From Candidatus Pacearchaeota archaeon (lineage in GTDB: Archaea > Nanobdellota > Nanobdellia > Pacearchaeales > GW2011-AR1), in contig JBBDJR010000006.1 of assembly GCA_040879785.1 (NCBI GenBank), positions 410 through 64,409 on the forward strand: a stretch of 64,000 bases of DNA, written 5' to 3'. The notes under the pieces are model-generated. The model worked only from the letters and a program-made list of their open reading frames with translations. It was not told the origin of the DNA and searched no databases. The position numbers and the translations under genes were made by a program. Numbering within the stretch: position 1 is the first letter of the stretch; the number at the start of each line of letters is the position of its first letter. Below, piece by piece: positions 63,589 to 64,000 of this stretch.

Positions 63589-64000
63589 ATGAGGGCACTA
63601 CTAAAATCGCTCAAAGAAAAAAAAGTAAAATCAACCGTCGCAGGAATAATTGAAAAAGACAATAAAATTTTTCTGACAAAACGAAGTAAGATTCTTCCAG
63701 AAGGAGGGAAATGGTGTTTGCCCGGAGGGCACATGAAAGCGGGCGAAAAAGCAGAGGAATCCCTAAAAAGAGAAATAAATGAAGAAACAAATCTAAAATC
63801 TAAAAAATTAAAATTCTTATTCTACCAAGACGAGATTATTCCAAGACTTAAAATAAATAACATAGTTCTGGTCTTTTCTGTTAAAGTTTCAGGAAAAGAA
63901 AGATTCAATTTTGAGGTAGTAGATTCAGGATTTTTCAGCAAAAAAGAAATTGAAAAATTAAACATAGCATTCACTCATAAAGATATAATAAGAAGATTTT
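63589..64000 (+). CDS. NUDIX hydrolase (3' end beyond window)
   Basis: GGKWCLPGGHMKAGEKAEESLKREINEETNL Nudix box. Open to the window edge. Confidence 0.8.
   Translation, partial: MRALLKSLKEKKVKSTVAGIIEKDNKIFLTKRSKILPEGGKWCLPGGHMKAGEKAEESLKREINEETNLKSKKLKFLFYQDEIIPRLKINNIVLVFSVKVSGKERFNFEVVDSGFFSKKEIEKLNIAFTHKDIIRRF

Overview
AT-rich, very gene-dense archaeal chromosome segment. It encodes an information-processing core: ThrRS, TrpRS, PheRS alpha and beta, RFC small and large subunits, a family-B DNA polymerase, FEN1, CDC48, TFS, MetAP2, Trm5, an NSUN-type m5C methyltransferase, Rpp30, UMP kinase and PEP synthase. There are also five tRNAs, two or three toxin-antitoxin pairs, and many secreted, pilin-like or acidic low-complexity surface proteins. 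By inference this looks like a small-genome DPANN-like archaeon. TTTATAAA-type boxes sit exactly 29 nt before many start codons, which suggests leaderless mRNAs. Four of the five tRNAs carry anticodon-loop introns, and one is a tRNA-Ile with anticodon UAU. I saw no rRNA, CRISPR array, transposase or integrase. The most unusual signal is at the tRNA loci. Each tRNA is preceded by promoter-proximal copies of its own first 13-22 nt, followed by inserted GC-rich hairpin modules that share a GCGAACGAAGTGAG motif. At tRNA-Gln the inserted block is an intact double-motif LAGLIDADG endonuclease gene whose stop codon lies inside the tRNA. tRNA-Ile and tRNA-Thr also carry downstream duplicates of their 3' ends. 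Other items of note: a paralogous adhesin family with a GIGT..P...LNV motif, one member having a GC-rich mosaic patch and a frame-scrambled signal peptide; a two-copy intergenic repeat with a perfect G-quadruplex motif; an operon of two ATP-grasp ligases plus an LD-carboxypeptidase; PEP synthase with a roughly 280-aa acidic tail; an orphan FlaI/GspE N-domain protein in a pilin-like cluster; and palindromic TATA boxes shared by divergent genes. All calls rest on manual reading of motifs, and no database search was run.
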